Shown here in pieces: positions 1 to 10,777 of a stretch of DNA of 64,000 nt; within the stretch, counting starts at the first letter, position 1, and every line of letters starts with the position of its first letter. Made by a program: the position numbers and the translations under genes. Location of the stretch: NCBI GenBank assembly GCA_963825135.1, contig CAWGRW010000009.1:352001-416000 (forward strand), read 5' to 3'. The DNA comes from an uncultured bacterium. Its GTDB lineage: Bacteria > Desulfobacterota_D > UBA1144 > Nemesobacterales > UBA2774. The notes beneath the pieces were generated by a model. The model had not been told where the DNA came from and did not search any database. It was given only the letters and a program-made list of their open reading frames with translations.

Positions 1-209
1 GGGGGGAAGACCGCGTAGCCAGGATCGACGCCGGTACTGGACGCGTTACGGGGTGGATCGACCTCAGCGGACTGCTCGGCGATGCCGACAGGAAAACACG
101 CGTCGACGTTCTAAACGGCATAGCCTGCGACAGCAAGACCGGGAAGTTTTACGTAACGGGAAAGCTCTGGCCCAAACTATTCGAGATAAAAATCACTTCA
201 GGGAAATAA
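1..209 (+). CDS. Glutaminyl-peptide cyclotransferase (plant/bacterial type), 3' part only
   Basis: Manual frame-3 translation GEDRVARIDAGTGRVTGWIDLSGLL...DVLNGIA...FYVTGKLWPKLFEI* matches the characteristic QC C-terminus; runs off the window edge. Confidence 0.85.
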   Translation, partial: GEDRVARIDAGTGRVTGWIDLSGLLGDADRKTRVDVLNGIACDSKTGKFYVTGKLWPKLFEIKITSGK

Positions 210-272
210 ATCGACTGAGATCAGGGGACCGTCCGGCTCGATGCTTTCAGGATAGAGCGGCCTCACGCGCGT

Positions 273-500
273 CTATTTAATGAGGGGCTTGTCTTCCATC
301 TCCTCGGTCGCGAGCGGGGCTTCATCCGATTCGATCTCTTCCTCAACCTCGGGATTGTATTTGCTGTCGAGAGACGCGGGCTCTGTCCTGTCCTCGAGAG
401 TATCCGAGGACGCTGGCTCGGAAGGAGCGTCGAGCGTAGCGCAGGAAGAGACCCACATCGGGCACAAAACCAGCAGGAGAGCAAAAAGAATTTCTTTCAT
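273..500 (-). CDS. Small acidic putative lipoprotein
   Basis: MK start, hydrophobic stretch, VSSC lipobox-like motif, acidic tail. Confidence 0.55.
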   Translation of the reverse strand: MKEILFALLLVLCPMWVSSCATLDAPSEPASSDTLEDRTEPASLDSKYNPEVEEEIESDEAPLATEEMEDKPLIK

Positions 501-582
501 GATCCGTTCAACCTCGTTCTGTAATTGTTATTATTCAAACATCCTTCGCATAATATACCATCATTCTGGCATGCCGCACCCA

Positions 583-1506
583 TTAATTTTTCTTGACCGC
601 ACCATGAATGCCGGACATGGCCTCGAGGGCCAGCATGAGCGCCTGGGTGCCCTTCCGTCCGTGTCCCTGCGCCCTGGCGGCGACGTAGAGCTGTCTCACG
701 AGAGATAGTCCGGGGAGAACGAGGTTCATCCTGTCGGCCTCCTTGAGCGCGATCCCCATGTCCTTTATGAAGTGCTCGACGTAGAAGCCGGGGCTGAAGT
801 CCCTTTTCAAGACCCTGGGCGCGAGGTTATCCAGCATCCAGCACGCGGCCGCCCCCCTGCTCACCGACTTGAGCATCGTCTCGGGATCGAGTCCCGATTT
901 ATGAGCGTAGAGCAGAGTCTCGCACATCCCTATCATGAGCGAAGCGGCCATGATCTGGTTGCACATCTTCGCGTGCTGCCCCGACCCGGCCCCTCCCTGA
1001 TACATTATGTTCTTCCCCATGAGCCCCAAGAGCGGCTTTACGGCGTCAAACGTCTTTTTGTCCCCTCCCGCCATGATGGAGAGCTTCCCATCCCTGGCCC
1101 CGATGTCTCCCCCCGAGACGGGCGCGTCTACGGCCGAAGCCCCCGCCTTTTTCGCGGCCGCATATATCTCCTCCGCAAGCAGCGGCTCGGTCGTGGTCAT
1201 ATCCACGAGTATGCTCCCCTTCCGTAGCCCCCCGAAAATACCGTCTTTGCCGAAATAGACCTCCTTCACGTCATGGGGGAAACCGACGATCGTGAAGACG
1301 ACGTCCGACTTCGAGGCCGCGTCCTTGGGGGATTTCGCCCATACGGCCCCGGCTTTGATCAACCCCTCGGCCTTTTTCCTAGTCCTCGTATATACCGTAG
1401 TCCTGTAGCCCGCCTTCACGAGATGCATGCACATGGACGCGCCCATCACTCCCGCGCCTATCCATCCGATCCTTGTCTTCTCCGTACTAACATCGATTAG
1501 AGCCAT
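583..1506 (-). CDS. NAD(P)-dependent beta-hydroxyacid dehydrogenase (3-hydroxyisobutyrate DH / tartronate semialdehyde reductase family)
   Basis: IGWIGAGVMG Rossmann motif, DAPVSGG, KMCNQ; GGAGG upstream of ATG at 1506. Confidence 0.9.
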   Translation of the reverse strand: MALIDVSTEKTRIGWIGAGVMGASMCMHLVKAGYRTTVYTRTRKKAEGLIKAGAVWAKSPKDAASKSDVVFTIVGFPHDVKEVYFGKDGIFGGLRKGSILVDMTTTEPLLAEEIYAAAKKAGASAVDAPVSGGDIGARDGKLSIMAGGDKKTFDAVKPLLGLMGKNIMYQGGAGSGQHAKMCNQIMAASLMIGMCETLLYAHKSGLDPETMLKSVSRGAAACWMLDNLAPRVLKRDFSPGFYVEHFIKDMGIALKEADRMNLVLPGLSLVRQLYVAARAQGHGRKGTQALMLALEAMSGIHGAVKKN

Positions 1507-1637
1507 GCGTGTCCCCTCCATAAGCGAGTGATAATATCGATTCGCCCGCCCGCTGTAAAGGGAGCGGGAGAATTGTTTTTACAGCCTGCGTGTGTAAAAC
1601 TAAAACCGGAGGGAGAGCGCCCCGCGCTTAAACAGAC

Positions 1638-3584
1638 ATGAACGGAATACCCGAACCCACTTCCAAGCAGCAGGAAATACTCGACGCCCCGGGCAACGTA
1701 CTGGTCACGGCCAACCCCGGCACGGGAAAGACGTTCCTCCTCTCCCGTAAATACCTGAAGGCGGTAAGGGACGGTATCCCCCCTGAGGAGATCTTATGCC
1801 TCACGTTCACAGACAAGGCGAAGAGAGAGATGGAAGACAGAATAATCGGGCTCCTTTCCGAGAGCGGCGTAAAACCCGACCTATCGAAGCTAAACATTTA
1901 CACCTTCCACTCCTACGCGCTTGAGAACATTGAGCGGGGGAATATCATCTCATCCAACCTGCTCAGGTTCTCGGTCTACAGATACCTCGCGGACGAGGAG
2001 GTATTCAATTACGGCTCGTCCCATCTCATCGATACCATAGTGCCAAAGGTGGAGAACCTCATACGCTATCTAAAGTCCTTCGGAATAACGCCCGGCATGA
2101 TAAATCTCGAAAAGACACTCCCGCACCTTAAAGGGGACAAAAAGGTGAGCAAGGGAGAGAAGGAATTGTTCGCGCGGGAATTCGTAAAAATCTTCGAGCG
2201 GTACGAGGAGGCCAAACGAGGCGGGGGCATGGACTACGCCGACCTGCTCATCAATTTCCTGAGGCTCGACGAGATACCGGGATACGAGCTCGTCCTGGTC
2301 GACGAGCTCCAGGACGTGAACCGGATGGAAGCGGAGATAGCTATAAGGTCCGGCAAAAGGTTCTTCGCCGTAGGCGACAAGAAACAGGCCATATTCGGGT
2401 TCCAGGGCGGGTCCATACTCAACTTCTCCATGTTCGAGGACTCCTCGCATTTTATATTGTCGGAGAACTGGAGGAGCACCGGCGAGATACTCGCCTACGC
2501 GAGGGAATATTTCGTATCGAAAACGAAAGACGAGTCCCACGGGAGGGAGCTCAGCGAATTAAAAAGCGCAGGGGGCCTCAGGGGTGAAAAACCGGTCATA
2601 TATCACGTCGAGAAGAAGCTGGTCCCCGGCGTCGTAGCGGGGATACTGAAATCGTCAGCGGACGAAAAGGGAAGCACCGCCGTAATCGTGAGGACGAACG
2701 GCCAGATCATGGAGATATCGAGGGAATTGATGAAGGAGAACATTCCCTTCTCCTCCACCTTCCTCACCGCGTCGAACGAGGCGAGGACGAGCATCATTAA
2801 ATATCTGAGGGGGATGCTGAGCAACAATATCGATGAAATAAAAAATGCCCTCGTCACCCCGTTTGCCCCCGTGCCGCTCAGGGACGCGTTCGACATACTG
2901 GACGACCGTGATGTCACTATCGAGACGCTGCGCGGGAAGGCCCCCGCTTTCGTGGCCGAGAGGGAATCACTCAGCTCGATCGAGGACGTGAACAGGCTAT
3001 TCACCGACAGGATTATCCCCGAAGCTTCCCCGTACGGGCGGGAGTATTTCACGGCCGCGATAAATCTGCAGTACGCCTTTCAGGAGGCCCTGGGGTTTAT
3101 AAAAGACATGAACCGCGAGAGCCTTCTCGCGTACCTCCGCACCGCAGACCTCTCATCGGACGAAATCGAAACCGAGGGCGGGGTCACCCTCACGACGGTC
3201 CACAAGGCGAAGGGGAAGGAATACGATACGGTGATCTACGCGCCCTTCACGCCGCCCGACAGGTCGAACTATCAGGACGAGGTCGTCGAGGCGGTTCTCA
3301 GGCTCGAAGGGATAGACGCCAAGGAGGAGCTCGAAGAAGAAACGCTCCGTATAAATTTCGTCGCGTTCACGCGGGCGAAAAGAAAGCTCGTCGTCGTGAC
3401 CGAAAAATTCTCCGAATTCATAAACGATTATGCGGAGGAAGGGACGCTCGATGCGAGCGCGGGGGCGGGGATAGATTACGACGAGTCCCGCAAGAAAGCG
3501 TTCACCTGCTTCGTGAGCGGCGAGTACGAGCGCGCGCAGGGAGCTTACTCGAAAGAAAAGAGAGCTGGCTCACGGACTACGTGA
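1638..3584 (+). CDS. UvrD/Rep-family SF1 helicase (N-terminal part of a probable helicase-nuclease fusion)
   Basis: ANPGTGKT, LTFT, VDELQD, VGDKKQAIFGFQG, ENWRS, TVHKAKGKEY, VAFTRAK. Confidence 0.9.
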   Translation: MNGIPEPTSKQQEILDAPGNVLVTANPGTGKTFLLSRKYLKAVRDGIPPEEILCLTFTDKAKREMEDRIIGLLSESGVKPDLSKLNIYTFHSYALENIERGNIISSNLLRFSVYRYLADEEVFNYGSSHLIDTIVPKVENLIRYLKSFGITPGMINLEKTLPHLKGDKKVSKGEKELFAREFVKIFERYEEAKRGGGMDYADLLINFLRLDEIPGYELVLVDELQDVNRMEAEIAIRSGKRFFAVGDKKQAIFGFQGGSILNFSMFEDSSHFILSENWRSTGEILAYAREYFVSKTKDESHGRELSELKSAGGLRGEKPVIYHVEKKLVPGVVAGILKSSADEKGSTAVIVRTNGQIMEISRELMKENIPFSSTFLTASNEARTSIIKYLRGMLSNNIDEIKNALVTPFAPVPLRDAFDILDDRDVTIETLRGKAPAFVAERESLSSIEDVNRLFTDRIIPEASPYGREYFTAAINLQYAFQEALGFIKDMNRESLLAYLRTADLSSDEIETEGGVTLTTVHKAKGKEYDTVIYAPFTPPDRSNYQDEVVEAVLRLEGIDAKEELEEETLRINFVAFTRAKRKLVVVTEKFSEFINDYAEEGTLDASAGAGIDYDESRKKAFTCFVSGEYERAQGAYSKEKRAGSRTT

Positions 3585-4300
3585 AAAATTTCTTCGGCTC
3601 CCTCGGAAGCGTCTCTTTCTCGTCCGTCAACAACAGCGCCTACGAGTTCCTCGTGAATTACATACTCAGGATAAGGGAAGACACGAAATCCCTTACGACG
3701 GGACTAAGCGTCCACTCCATAGCCGACGAGCTGATAAAGAAAGGCGAATGTGAATGCGCTCCGGAGCTCATGCCGTTTAAGGAAAACATCACGGCGCTCC
3801 TCGCTGCTATAAAGGAGAATTATCCCGAGAGCCACGCGACGGAGATGAGCTTCAGGGTCCCCTTAGGCGGACTCATAGATACTGACGAGCCGATTGTATT
3901 CACGGGCTTTATCGACGCTATATTCAGGAACGGGGACTCGTATCTGATAGTCGACTGGAAGACGGACAAGAATACCGGCAGAGGCTCGGAGCACCGCCAG
4001 CAGCTGGAGACCTACAGGAGGGCGTTTTGCCTGGCGAACAACCTCGACCCGGAAAAGGTAAAGGTCTCGATCGGGTTCGTGGGCCTGAGATCGGCGCTCA
4101 ACACCGGGACTATAGGGTGCGAGCTCGACGAGCAGCAGCCCCGGAAGACCGCGTTTGAAACGTTCGCGAAGAAAGCAGGCAGCATGCTCAGGTGGAAGAA
4201 GGACCCCGAATCGTTCTTCCATGAAATACTCGAAGACGGGACCAACGACCCGCTCTGGCGGAGCATCGTCGAGCAGTACATGAAGGAGAGGAGCACATAA
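3581..4300 (+). CDS. PD-(D/E)XK (RecB/AddA-like) nuclease domain, probably the frameshifted C-terminus of the upstream helicase
   Basis: GFIDAIF...IVDWKT...QLETY motifs; this frame stays open upstream as ...LLERKESWLTDYVKNFF. Confidence 0.8.
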   Translation: MKNFFGSLGSVSFSSVNNSAYEFLVNYILRIREDTKSLTTGLSVHSIADELIKKGECECAPELMPFKENITALLAAIKENYPESHATEMSFRVPLGGLIDTDEPIVFTGFIDAIFRNGDSYLIVDWKTDKNTGRGSEHRQQLETYRRAFCLANNLDPEKVKVSIGFVGLRSALNTGTIGCELDEQQPRKTAFETFAKKAGSMLRWKKDPESFFHEILEDGTNDPLWRSIVEQYMKERST

Positions 4301-4475
4301 TCCGATCCGGTCCTCCTGCCTGTTCCCTCTGCAGTCGATTCAAATTCCGTTAGCTCGTATCTCCATTTTATGTTAGCCTTGATATTAACAAGCAGCATAT
4401 CACCCGAACGCTTACAGAACGATGCCGTTTTGGTCGAGCGGCATATACTCATTTACGGGCGGGGGGGAAGAGGGA

Positions 4476-4997
4476 ATGAGGAATAGGTTCTCAAAAGTCC
4501 TGTTATGGCTTTTTGTAATAGACCTCGGGATCGCACTCGGCGCGGGTCTCTACGAATCCCTGATCGTCGTCCCCAACTGGTTCATCTCCTCGCCCGGGTC
4601 CCCTGCCATTTGGGACGCCGCTGCCGCAGAGCGATACGACACCGGGCAGCACTTCTGGATCTTCGTAACTACGATCCCTCTTTCTTTGCTCACCGTGGTA
4701 AACCTGTGGGCGGCCTGGCGGTCCAAAGGAAAAATACGCACATGGTGGCTGACCGCGTGCCTTTTAGTAGTGGCCGAGAGGTCGTTCACGTTCATCTACT
4801 TCCTTCCGACAATGCTCGAGCTCATGCAGGATCAGGGCATGTCTCAGTCAGACGCTACGGCTATGGCTCTGCAGTGGGCAGACCTCAATTATTTCCGTCA
4901 CGCAATCGTATTTCTGGCATGGGTGGCTGCGCTCCGGGCGCTCTCTATGTCAGGCGGAAGAGAGCTGTTCGTACGCCGCTACGGACCGTACAGGTAA
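4476..4997 (+). CDS. DUF1772/anthrone oxygenase-like membrane protein
   Basis: Four hydrophobic segments; GAGLYE..IVVPNW, FTFIYFLP, W..LNYFRH pattern. Confidence 0.65.
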   Translation: MRNRFSKVLLWLFVIDLGIALGAGLYESLIVVPNWFISSPGSPAIWDAAAAERYDTGQHFWIFVTTIPLSLLTVVNLWAAWRSKGKIRTWWLTACLLVVAERSFTFIYFLPTMLELMQDQGMSQSDATAMALQWADLNYFRHAIVFLAWVAALRALSMSGGRELFVRRYGPYR

Positions 4998-5141
4998 GAG
5001 AGTAAATATACCGGAGCCTGAAGCACTCTATTTATGCATAGGAATATTCCTCCCTGCAATCCTCGCCCCCTAAACTATTCTGATCGGCATAAACACCCAA
5101 ACAGTAGAGAGGCAGTGAGTATCATGCCGAAGTTAGTCCCC

Positions 5142-7664
5142 TCACCCCCTCACCCTCTTGTAAAAAATCCTCTTCGCGACCTCCGCGGTAATCACGTACA
5201 GAACCACGATCACGCCGAGGGCGATGAGGAAGGAAGGCGGGAGCGGGTGCAGGCTGAAGAGACCCGCGAGCCTCGAATAAGGCAGGTACAGGGTCGCGCA
5301 TATAACGAGAAAGATCGCGAGCGCCAGGTATTTCCCGGGCCTGCTCCTGAGAAACGGCCCCCTCGTCCTTATGACGAGCACTATAAGGGTCGCCGAAATG
5401 ACGGACTCGATGAACCACCCCGTCCTGAACTCCTCCGTAGACGCTCGGAATATGAAGAGCAGCACGCCGAACGTCATGTAATCGAATATAGAGCTTATGA
5501 GACCGAATGTCGCCATGAAGTTCCTTATGAAACGTATGTCCCAGCGCCTCGGCTTCTCCACCATCTCGCGGTCGACGCTGTCGCCGGCAATAGTCATCTC
5601 CGGCAGGTCAGTCAAGAGGTTAGTGAGCAGTATCTGCTTCGGGAGGAGCGGCAGAAATGACAGAAAGAGCGACGCCCCCGCCATGCTGAACATATTCCCG
5701 AAGTTGGCGCTCGTCGCCATGAACACGTATTTGAGCGTGTTCGCGAAAGTCACCCTGCCTTCTTTTACACCGTTCACGAGGACGCCCAGGTCCATCTTGA
5801 GGAGCACTATGTCGGCCGCCTGCTTCGCGACGTCGACCGCGCTCTCCACTGATATACCGACGTCCGCCGCGTGGAGAGCGGACGCGTCGTTGATGCCGTC
5901 CCCCATGTACCCGACGACGTTCCCGGCCTTTTTCATGGCGTTGATGATGCGCTCCTTCTGGCTCGGCTCCACCTCGGCGAAGACGTTATAGTGGTTGACC
6001 ATTTTGATGAGCGCGTCGTTACTCATGCTGAGCAGCTCCTTCCCCGTAACGGCCTCGGGCTCGGGGAGCCCGACCTCCCGGCTCACGTAGAGCGCGACCT
6101 CCCTGCTGTCCCCAGTCACGACCTTGAGCTCGATGCCGAGCCTCTCGAGCTCGTCCAGAGTAGCCTTCACCCCTTCCTTCGGAGGGTCAAACAGGGTGAT
6201 AAAACCCAGGAACGTCATGTCCTTTTCAAAGTCCTTCGTTATGAGGTTTTCGCTGATCCCGCTCCTGCTCGCGACGCCCAGCACGCGGAACCCTTCCCTG
6301 CTGAGATTCGCGAAACGCTCCTCTATCTTTCCCCTGACCGATTCTATGTTCTCCGTATCCCCTTCCGAAACCCGTGCGTGCGTGCATACGGATAGTACGT
6401 TTCCGAGCGCGCCCTTCGTGACCATCATGTTCGCGCCTTCTTTAGAGACGAGTATGCTCAACCTCTTGCGGCTGAAATCGTACGGAACTTCGTCGAGCTT
6501 TTTATAGCCCTCGACGTCGAATTTGGCGTGCGCGCGGATCGCCTCGTCGATCGGGTTTCTGAACCCGGTCTCGAAAAAGGCGTTCAGGTACGCGTGGAAG
6601 AGCACGTCCTCGCTCTCTTTGCCGCTCACGTCCTCGGCGGAGTGCAGACGGACCTCCCCCTTGGTGAGCGTGCCGGTCTTGTCGGAGCAGAGCACGTTCA
6701 TGCTGCCGAAGTTCTCTATCGAGCTGAGGCGCTTCACTATGACGCTCTCCCGGGCCATGCGTTTCGCGCCTCTCGCGAGGTTAACGCTGATTATAACGGG
6801 CAGGAGCTGCGGCGTGAGGCCGACGGCGATCGCGAGAGAAAAGAGGAACGAGTCGAGCACCGGCCTCTCGAAATAAACGTTGACCGCGAATATGGCGATC
6901 ACGAGTATGAGGGTGACCTCCATGAGGAAATATCCGAACTGCCTGACGCCGTGCTGGAACTCGGTTTCGGGAGGCCTCAGCTTGAGCTTCTCCGAGATCT
7001 CGCCGAACAGGGTCTCCTTTCCGGTGTGCACAATGACCGCCCTGCCGCTCCCGCTCACGACCGATGTGCCCATGAACAGGGTGTTCGTGCGTTTCCCGAG
7101 GGGAGCGCCGGCGGGAAGCACTCCCGCCGATTTTTCAGCCGGATAAGTCTCTCCCGTCAGCGTTGCCTCGTTCACGAAAAGGTCCTTGGAATCGAGTATC
7201 CTGCAGTCGCCGGGAATTATCCCGCCCGCGGACAGCTGCACTACGTCGCCCGGTACGACGTCCTCGATCGGCTGCTCGACAACAGTCCCGTCCCTCAGCA
7301 CGGAAGCCTTTATCCTCACCATGTTGAGGAGATTCTTCACCGCGTTCGCGGCCCCGTGCTCCTGCCAGAAGCCTAGTAAACCGCTCACGATAACTATCGC
7401 AAGTATGATAGCGGCGTCGGTATGTCCTCCGAGAAATATCGAGAGTACCGCAGCGAAAAGCAGGATTACGATGATAGGGCTCTTGAACTGGGAGAGAAGG
7501 ATTGGAAGCCAAGCGGTGTCGAGAGGCGGCTTCAGAACGTTGCGGCCGTTGCCGGCAAGCCTCCTGAGAGCCTCATCGGTACCGAGACCTCCGGCGGTCG
7601 TCCCGAGCTTTTCAAGGAGACCGCTCTCGGCAACACTCCAGAATTCATCCGTGTGGCGCTGCAT
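5142..7664 (-). CDS. mgtA: Magnesium-translocating P-type ATPase
   Basis: TGET, DKTGTLT phosphorylation site, GDGIND, SANFGNMFS, FRTGWFIES. Confidence 0.9.
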   Translation of the reverse strand: MQRHTDEFWSVAESGLLEKLGTTAGGLGTDEALRRLAGNGRNVLKPPLDTAWLPILLSQFKSPIIVILLFAAVLSIFLGGHTDAAIILAIVIVSGLLGFWQEHGAANAVKNLLNMVRIKASVLRDGTVVEQPIEDVVPGDVVQLSAGGIIPGDCRILDSKDLFVNEATLTGETYPAEKSAGVLPAGAPLGKRTNTLFMGTSVVSGSGRAVIVHTGKETLFGEISEKLKLRPPETEFQHGVRQFGYFLMEVTLILVIAIFAVNVYFERPVLDSFLFSLAIAVGLTPQLLPVIISVNLARGAKRMARESVIVKRLSSIENFGSMNVLCSDKTGTLTKGEVRLHSAEDVSGKESEDVLFHAYLNAFFETGFRNPIDEAIRAHAKFDVEGYKKLDEVPYDFSRKRLSILVSKEGANMMVTKGALGNVLSVCTHARVSEGDTENIESVRGKIEERFANLSREGFRVLGVASRSGISENLITKDFEKDMTFLGFITLFDPPKEGVKATLDELERLGIELKVVTGDSREVALYVSREVGLPEPEAVTGKELLSMSNDALIKMVNHYNVFAEVEPSQKERIINAMKKAGNVVGYMGDGINDASALHAADVGISVESAVDVAKQAADIVLLKMDLGVLVNGVKEGRVTFANTLKYVFMATSANFGNMFSMAGASLFLSFLPLLPKQILLTNLLTDLPEMTIAGDSVDREMVEKPRRWDIRFIRNFMATFGLISSIFDYMTFGVLLFIFRASTEEFRTGWFIESVISATLIVLVIRTRGPFLRSRPGKYLALAIFLVICATLYLPYSRLAGLFSLHPLPPSFLIALGVIVVLYVITAEVAKRIFYKRVRG

Positions 7665-7765
7665 ATCGGAATAACCTCAATATTCGACCGTTACAATAAG
7701 TATCCCGCATTCGGCGGCCATTTCCACGCATTCCGTGCCGCGACCCCGCCGCTGATGAACATTCA

Positions 7766-7957
7766 TCATTTATCGTCCTTCGCCGCCGACCTCTTTCGCC
7801 AGACGAGATAAGCCGCGCTCAGAGCCGTAAAGACGATCGTGTACGGGATTAGGAAGGGGAGCGCCTTATCCGGAGAGAAGTTCAGCTGAGCTATGACGAG
7901 GGCGAATCCGGGGTTCCGTCCCGCGGCTTCGAGCGCCGGCGTCGTCCGTTCGGGAAT
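7766..7957 (-). pseudogene. C-terminal fragment of a bile acid:Na+ symporter (BASS)-like gene
   Basis: ERTTPALEAAGRNPGFALVIAQLNF...YLVWRKR resembles BASS C-termini; no matching start nearby. Confidence 0.5.
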
Positions 7958-8200
7958 ACATATACTAAAACATGAGGGACTGTCAGAGGTAGTGATCGTT
8001 GGTGAGGTCTCTAGTGGCTCGTCGTCCGAGACGAGATAAGATATGGAAGGCTGTGAGATGAGTAGCGTCGCAGTGCAATTGTAGGGTCGAGTAGTTTCGC
8101 AGGATAGAGTTTGAATCGGTAACGATAGATTCATATTATTCGACTTTGTATTGGATTCTGCTACTCAAACTGACAGGCCATGGTTGACAATCTGTAGTAG

Positions 8201-9280
8201 TCAGGTGCCAATCCGTGTATCGTCATTGAGCCATGACAAGAAAAGCTCGTAGCTAAGCGCGAAAACGAATGCTCCAGCGAAGAGACCGGGTAAACCGTAT
8301 GTAATAAAGCCGCCTATTGCACCTATGAAAATGACAATCATTGGAACGTCGACTCCACGGCCCATTAGGAGCGGTTTAAGTATGTTATCACATAGGCCAA
8401 CGATAATACACCAGACCGCAAACACAACAGCGACGATTGTATTGTGAGTGTAGAATACATAGATAATGATAGGACATAGGATCACAATAGTAGGAATCTG
8501 AACCACAGCAACAATTAATACGAGAAGAGCCAATAGCCCCGCCGCGGGCAGGCCGACGACGACAAATCCGACCCCTGCCAGTAGCGCCTGGATCAGTGCG
8601 ACGCCCAGAATACCCAATGCGACACTTCGCACAGTCGCTGCCGCGAGCTTTACAGTATCTCCCCCACGCTCGTATCTCAGCCGCGTGGCCAATGACAGCG
8701 CAGCTTGAGCGCCGGCATCGGATTTCGCGAGCAGGACACCGGCAATAACCATCGAAACCACGAACTTGAGTATCCCGACCCCTATACCGGCCGCTGAGGA
8801 CAACAGTTGAGTACCAAAACTTTTGAAATGTGGGGGGATCTTCATTAGTGCAGTCTCAAGATTGCTTGAGGCAAGGCTCCAGAACTCGTACAAAGGTTTG
8901 CCGATGACCGGCCAGGAAACGATCTTCTCCGACGGCGGTGGTATACTTAACGTCCCCTGTTTAAGATGTATCAAATATTCCTTAGAAGAGCTGATGAGCA
9001 AATCGGAAAGCAAATAGGCCGGTACAATCAGGAGAATCAAAGGAATGAGCGTTATCAGGATTGCCGCTAGAGTATCACGTCCACCTAATACAGATTTGAG
9101 TCGGTCGTATATCGGTTTGATAGTAACGGCAATGATGACTCCCCAGAAAATAATCGGAAGGAACGGATGAGCGATCTTGTAACACCAGTATATGAGCAGA
9201 AGAACGAGTCCTATACGCATGATTGACTCTAGCGCTTTTGCCGTAAACACCTTGTCATCTGGTCGATTAGATGTGTTCAT
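8201..9280 (-). CDS. AI-2E (PerM/YdiK-like) family transporter
   Basis: Multi-TM; DNILKPLLMGRG..VPMIVIFIGAIGG..GLFAG motif; AT-richer than flanks. Confidence 0.9.
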   Translation of the reverse strand: MNTSNRPDDKVFTAKALESIMRIGLVLLLIYWCYKIAHPFLPIIFWGVIIAVTIKPIYDRLKSVLGGRDTLAAILITLIPLILLIVPAYLLSDLLISSSKEYLIHLKQGTLSIPPPSEKIVSWPVIGKPLYEFWSLASSNLETALMKIPPHFKSFGTQLLSSAAGIGVGILKFVVSMVIAGVLLAKSDAGAQAALSLATRLRYERGGDTVKLAAATVRSVALGILGVALIQALLAGVGFVVVGLPAAGLLALLVLIVAVVQIPTIVILCPIIIYVFYTHNTIVAVVFAVWCIIVGLCDNILKPLLMGRGVDVPMIVIFIGAIGGFITYGLPGLFAGAFVFALSYELFLSWLNDDTRIGT

Positions 9281-9399
9281 ACAGATGAGCCCATTCTAAA
9301 CAGATGTTAATATATGTCAAGCTCCCTGAAGGCGGTCCAACTTCTAAGTTAGATTACTTCAGATTTGACCCTAACTCAAAAGCTCTACCGGCAAGTTGC

Positions 9400-9529
9400 C
9401 GAGAAGGTGCCTATCCCTGAAATGCATCAGATGGGGGGCCATCCGGAGCCCCGCTGAAAACATGAGGCACAGCACTGCGGTGAACGTGCCCGCTTTGATT
9501 ATTTCCGGATACAGCTCAGGCGACATCAT
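9400..9529 (-). pseudogene. N-terminal fragment of a BASS-like symporter gene
   Basis: Manual translation MMSPELYPEIIKAGTFTAVLCLMFSAGLRMAPHLMHFRDR followed by an early stop; 'LMFSxGL' is typical of BASS N-termini. Confidence 0.45.
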
Positions 9530-9855
9530 GACCTTTGTCCGCCCTTCGGAAACTGAACATTAAATTGAACCCTCTATCTGGTAAATAGTCTTGATAATAT
9601 ACTTTTTTATAGGACCGATGTCCCCATTTATGACAAACGACACTGAACACCCGGACCTGATTCTTCAATGCCCCGCATAAATTTAGAAAAAAATACAGTC
9701 AAATAGCATGCTATTTGCAACTATAATAAGCTGGTATCATCCATAGTACGCATTCATTATTACTGATAATGACGTAAAATGAGCGAATGTCGTGTTATAA
9801 TCGGAGATAATACGATGAATTTCGACAATTTCATACCAGGCAAGGAGCACAACAT

Positions 9856-10777
9856 ATGAGTAATAAAGACCTGATCAAGAGGGCGCGTAAATTCGCTGCG
9901 CCGTTCCGCATCACGAAAGGCGGCAAGTTCCGCCTGAAACACATAGATCCCGGCGACACGCTGCATCTCCAGTCAGAGGACAAGCCCCGCGCCAGGGAAG
10001 TGCTCGCCATGGGAGTCGAGCTGCTCTCCGAGCTTCAGGATATGCTCTACGCCCAGGACCGCTGGTCTCTGCTGATCATCCTGCAGGCAATGGACGCCGC
10101 GGGAAAGGACGGCACCATAAAGCACATCATGTCCGGGGTGAATCCGCAGGGCTGTCAGGTCCATTCCTTCAAGTCGCCTTCGGAGGAAGAGCTCGACCAC
10201 GACTACCTGTGGCGCTGCATGAAGGCTCTGCCGAACAAAGGCGAAATCGGCATATTCAACCGTTCCTATTACGAGGAAACGCTCGTGGTGAGGGTCCATA
10301 AGGAATATCTCGCCAACGAGAAGCTCCCGCCCGAGCTCGTTACACGCAGCATCTGGAAGGAGCGATTCCAGGATATACGCAGCTTCGAGCGTTACCTTAC
10401 GCGGAACGGGGTGGTAATCCGAAAGTTCTACCTGCACGTTTCAAAGGAGGAGCAGGAGACGCCGTTTCATGGAGCGGATCGACAACCCGGAGAAGAACTG
10501 GAAGTTCTCCTCCAGTGACGTGAAAGAGCGTCAGTACTGGGACGATTACATGGAAGCCTTCGAAGACATGATCCGGAACACCGCCACAAAGGAAGCGCCG
10601 TGGTATGTCGTCCCCGCGGACAACAAATGGTTCACTCGTCTTGTGGTCGCGGCGGCTGTAATCGATGCCCTTGCATCTCTAAACCTGCATTATCCGAAGG
10701 TGGACGAGAAAAAACTAGAAGAACTCGCGGTTGCGAAAAATCTATTAGATGGGAGAAGCGGAAATGGTAACCGATGA
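9856..10777 (+). CDS. ppk2: Polyphosphate kinase 2 family protein (class III-like), split by a frameshift near 10455
   Basis: QAMDAAGKDG Walker A, FNRSYYEE, then KNWKFS..D..ER..WDDY and PWYVVPADNKW in the next frame; removing one G restores EEQRRRFMERID. Confidence 0.9.

Noticed and set aside
3581..4300. Cas4 / CRISPR adaptation nuclease linked to the array
   Set aside because: It lacks the Cas4 four-cysteine Fe-S pattern, appears fused to UvrD like AddA, and lies 12 kb from the array.
10440..10470. Programmed frameshift in ppk2
   Set aside because: No slippery heptamer or stimulatory structure is evident; a single extra base explains it.
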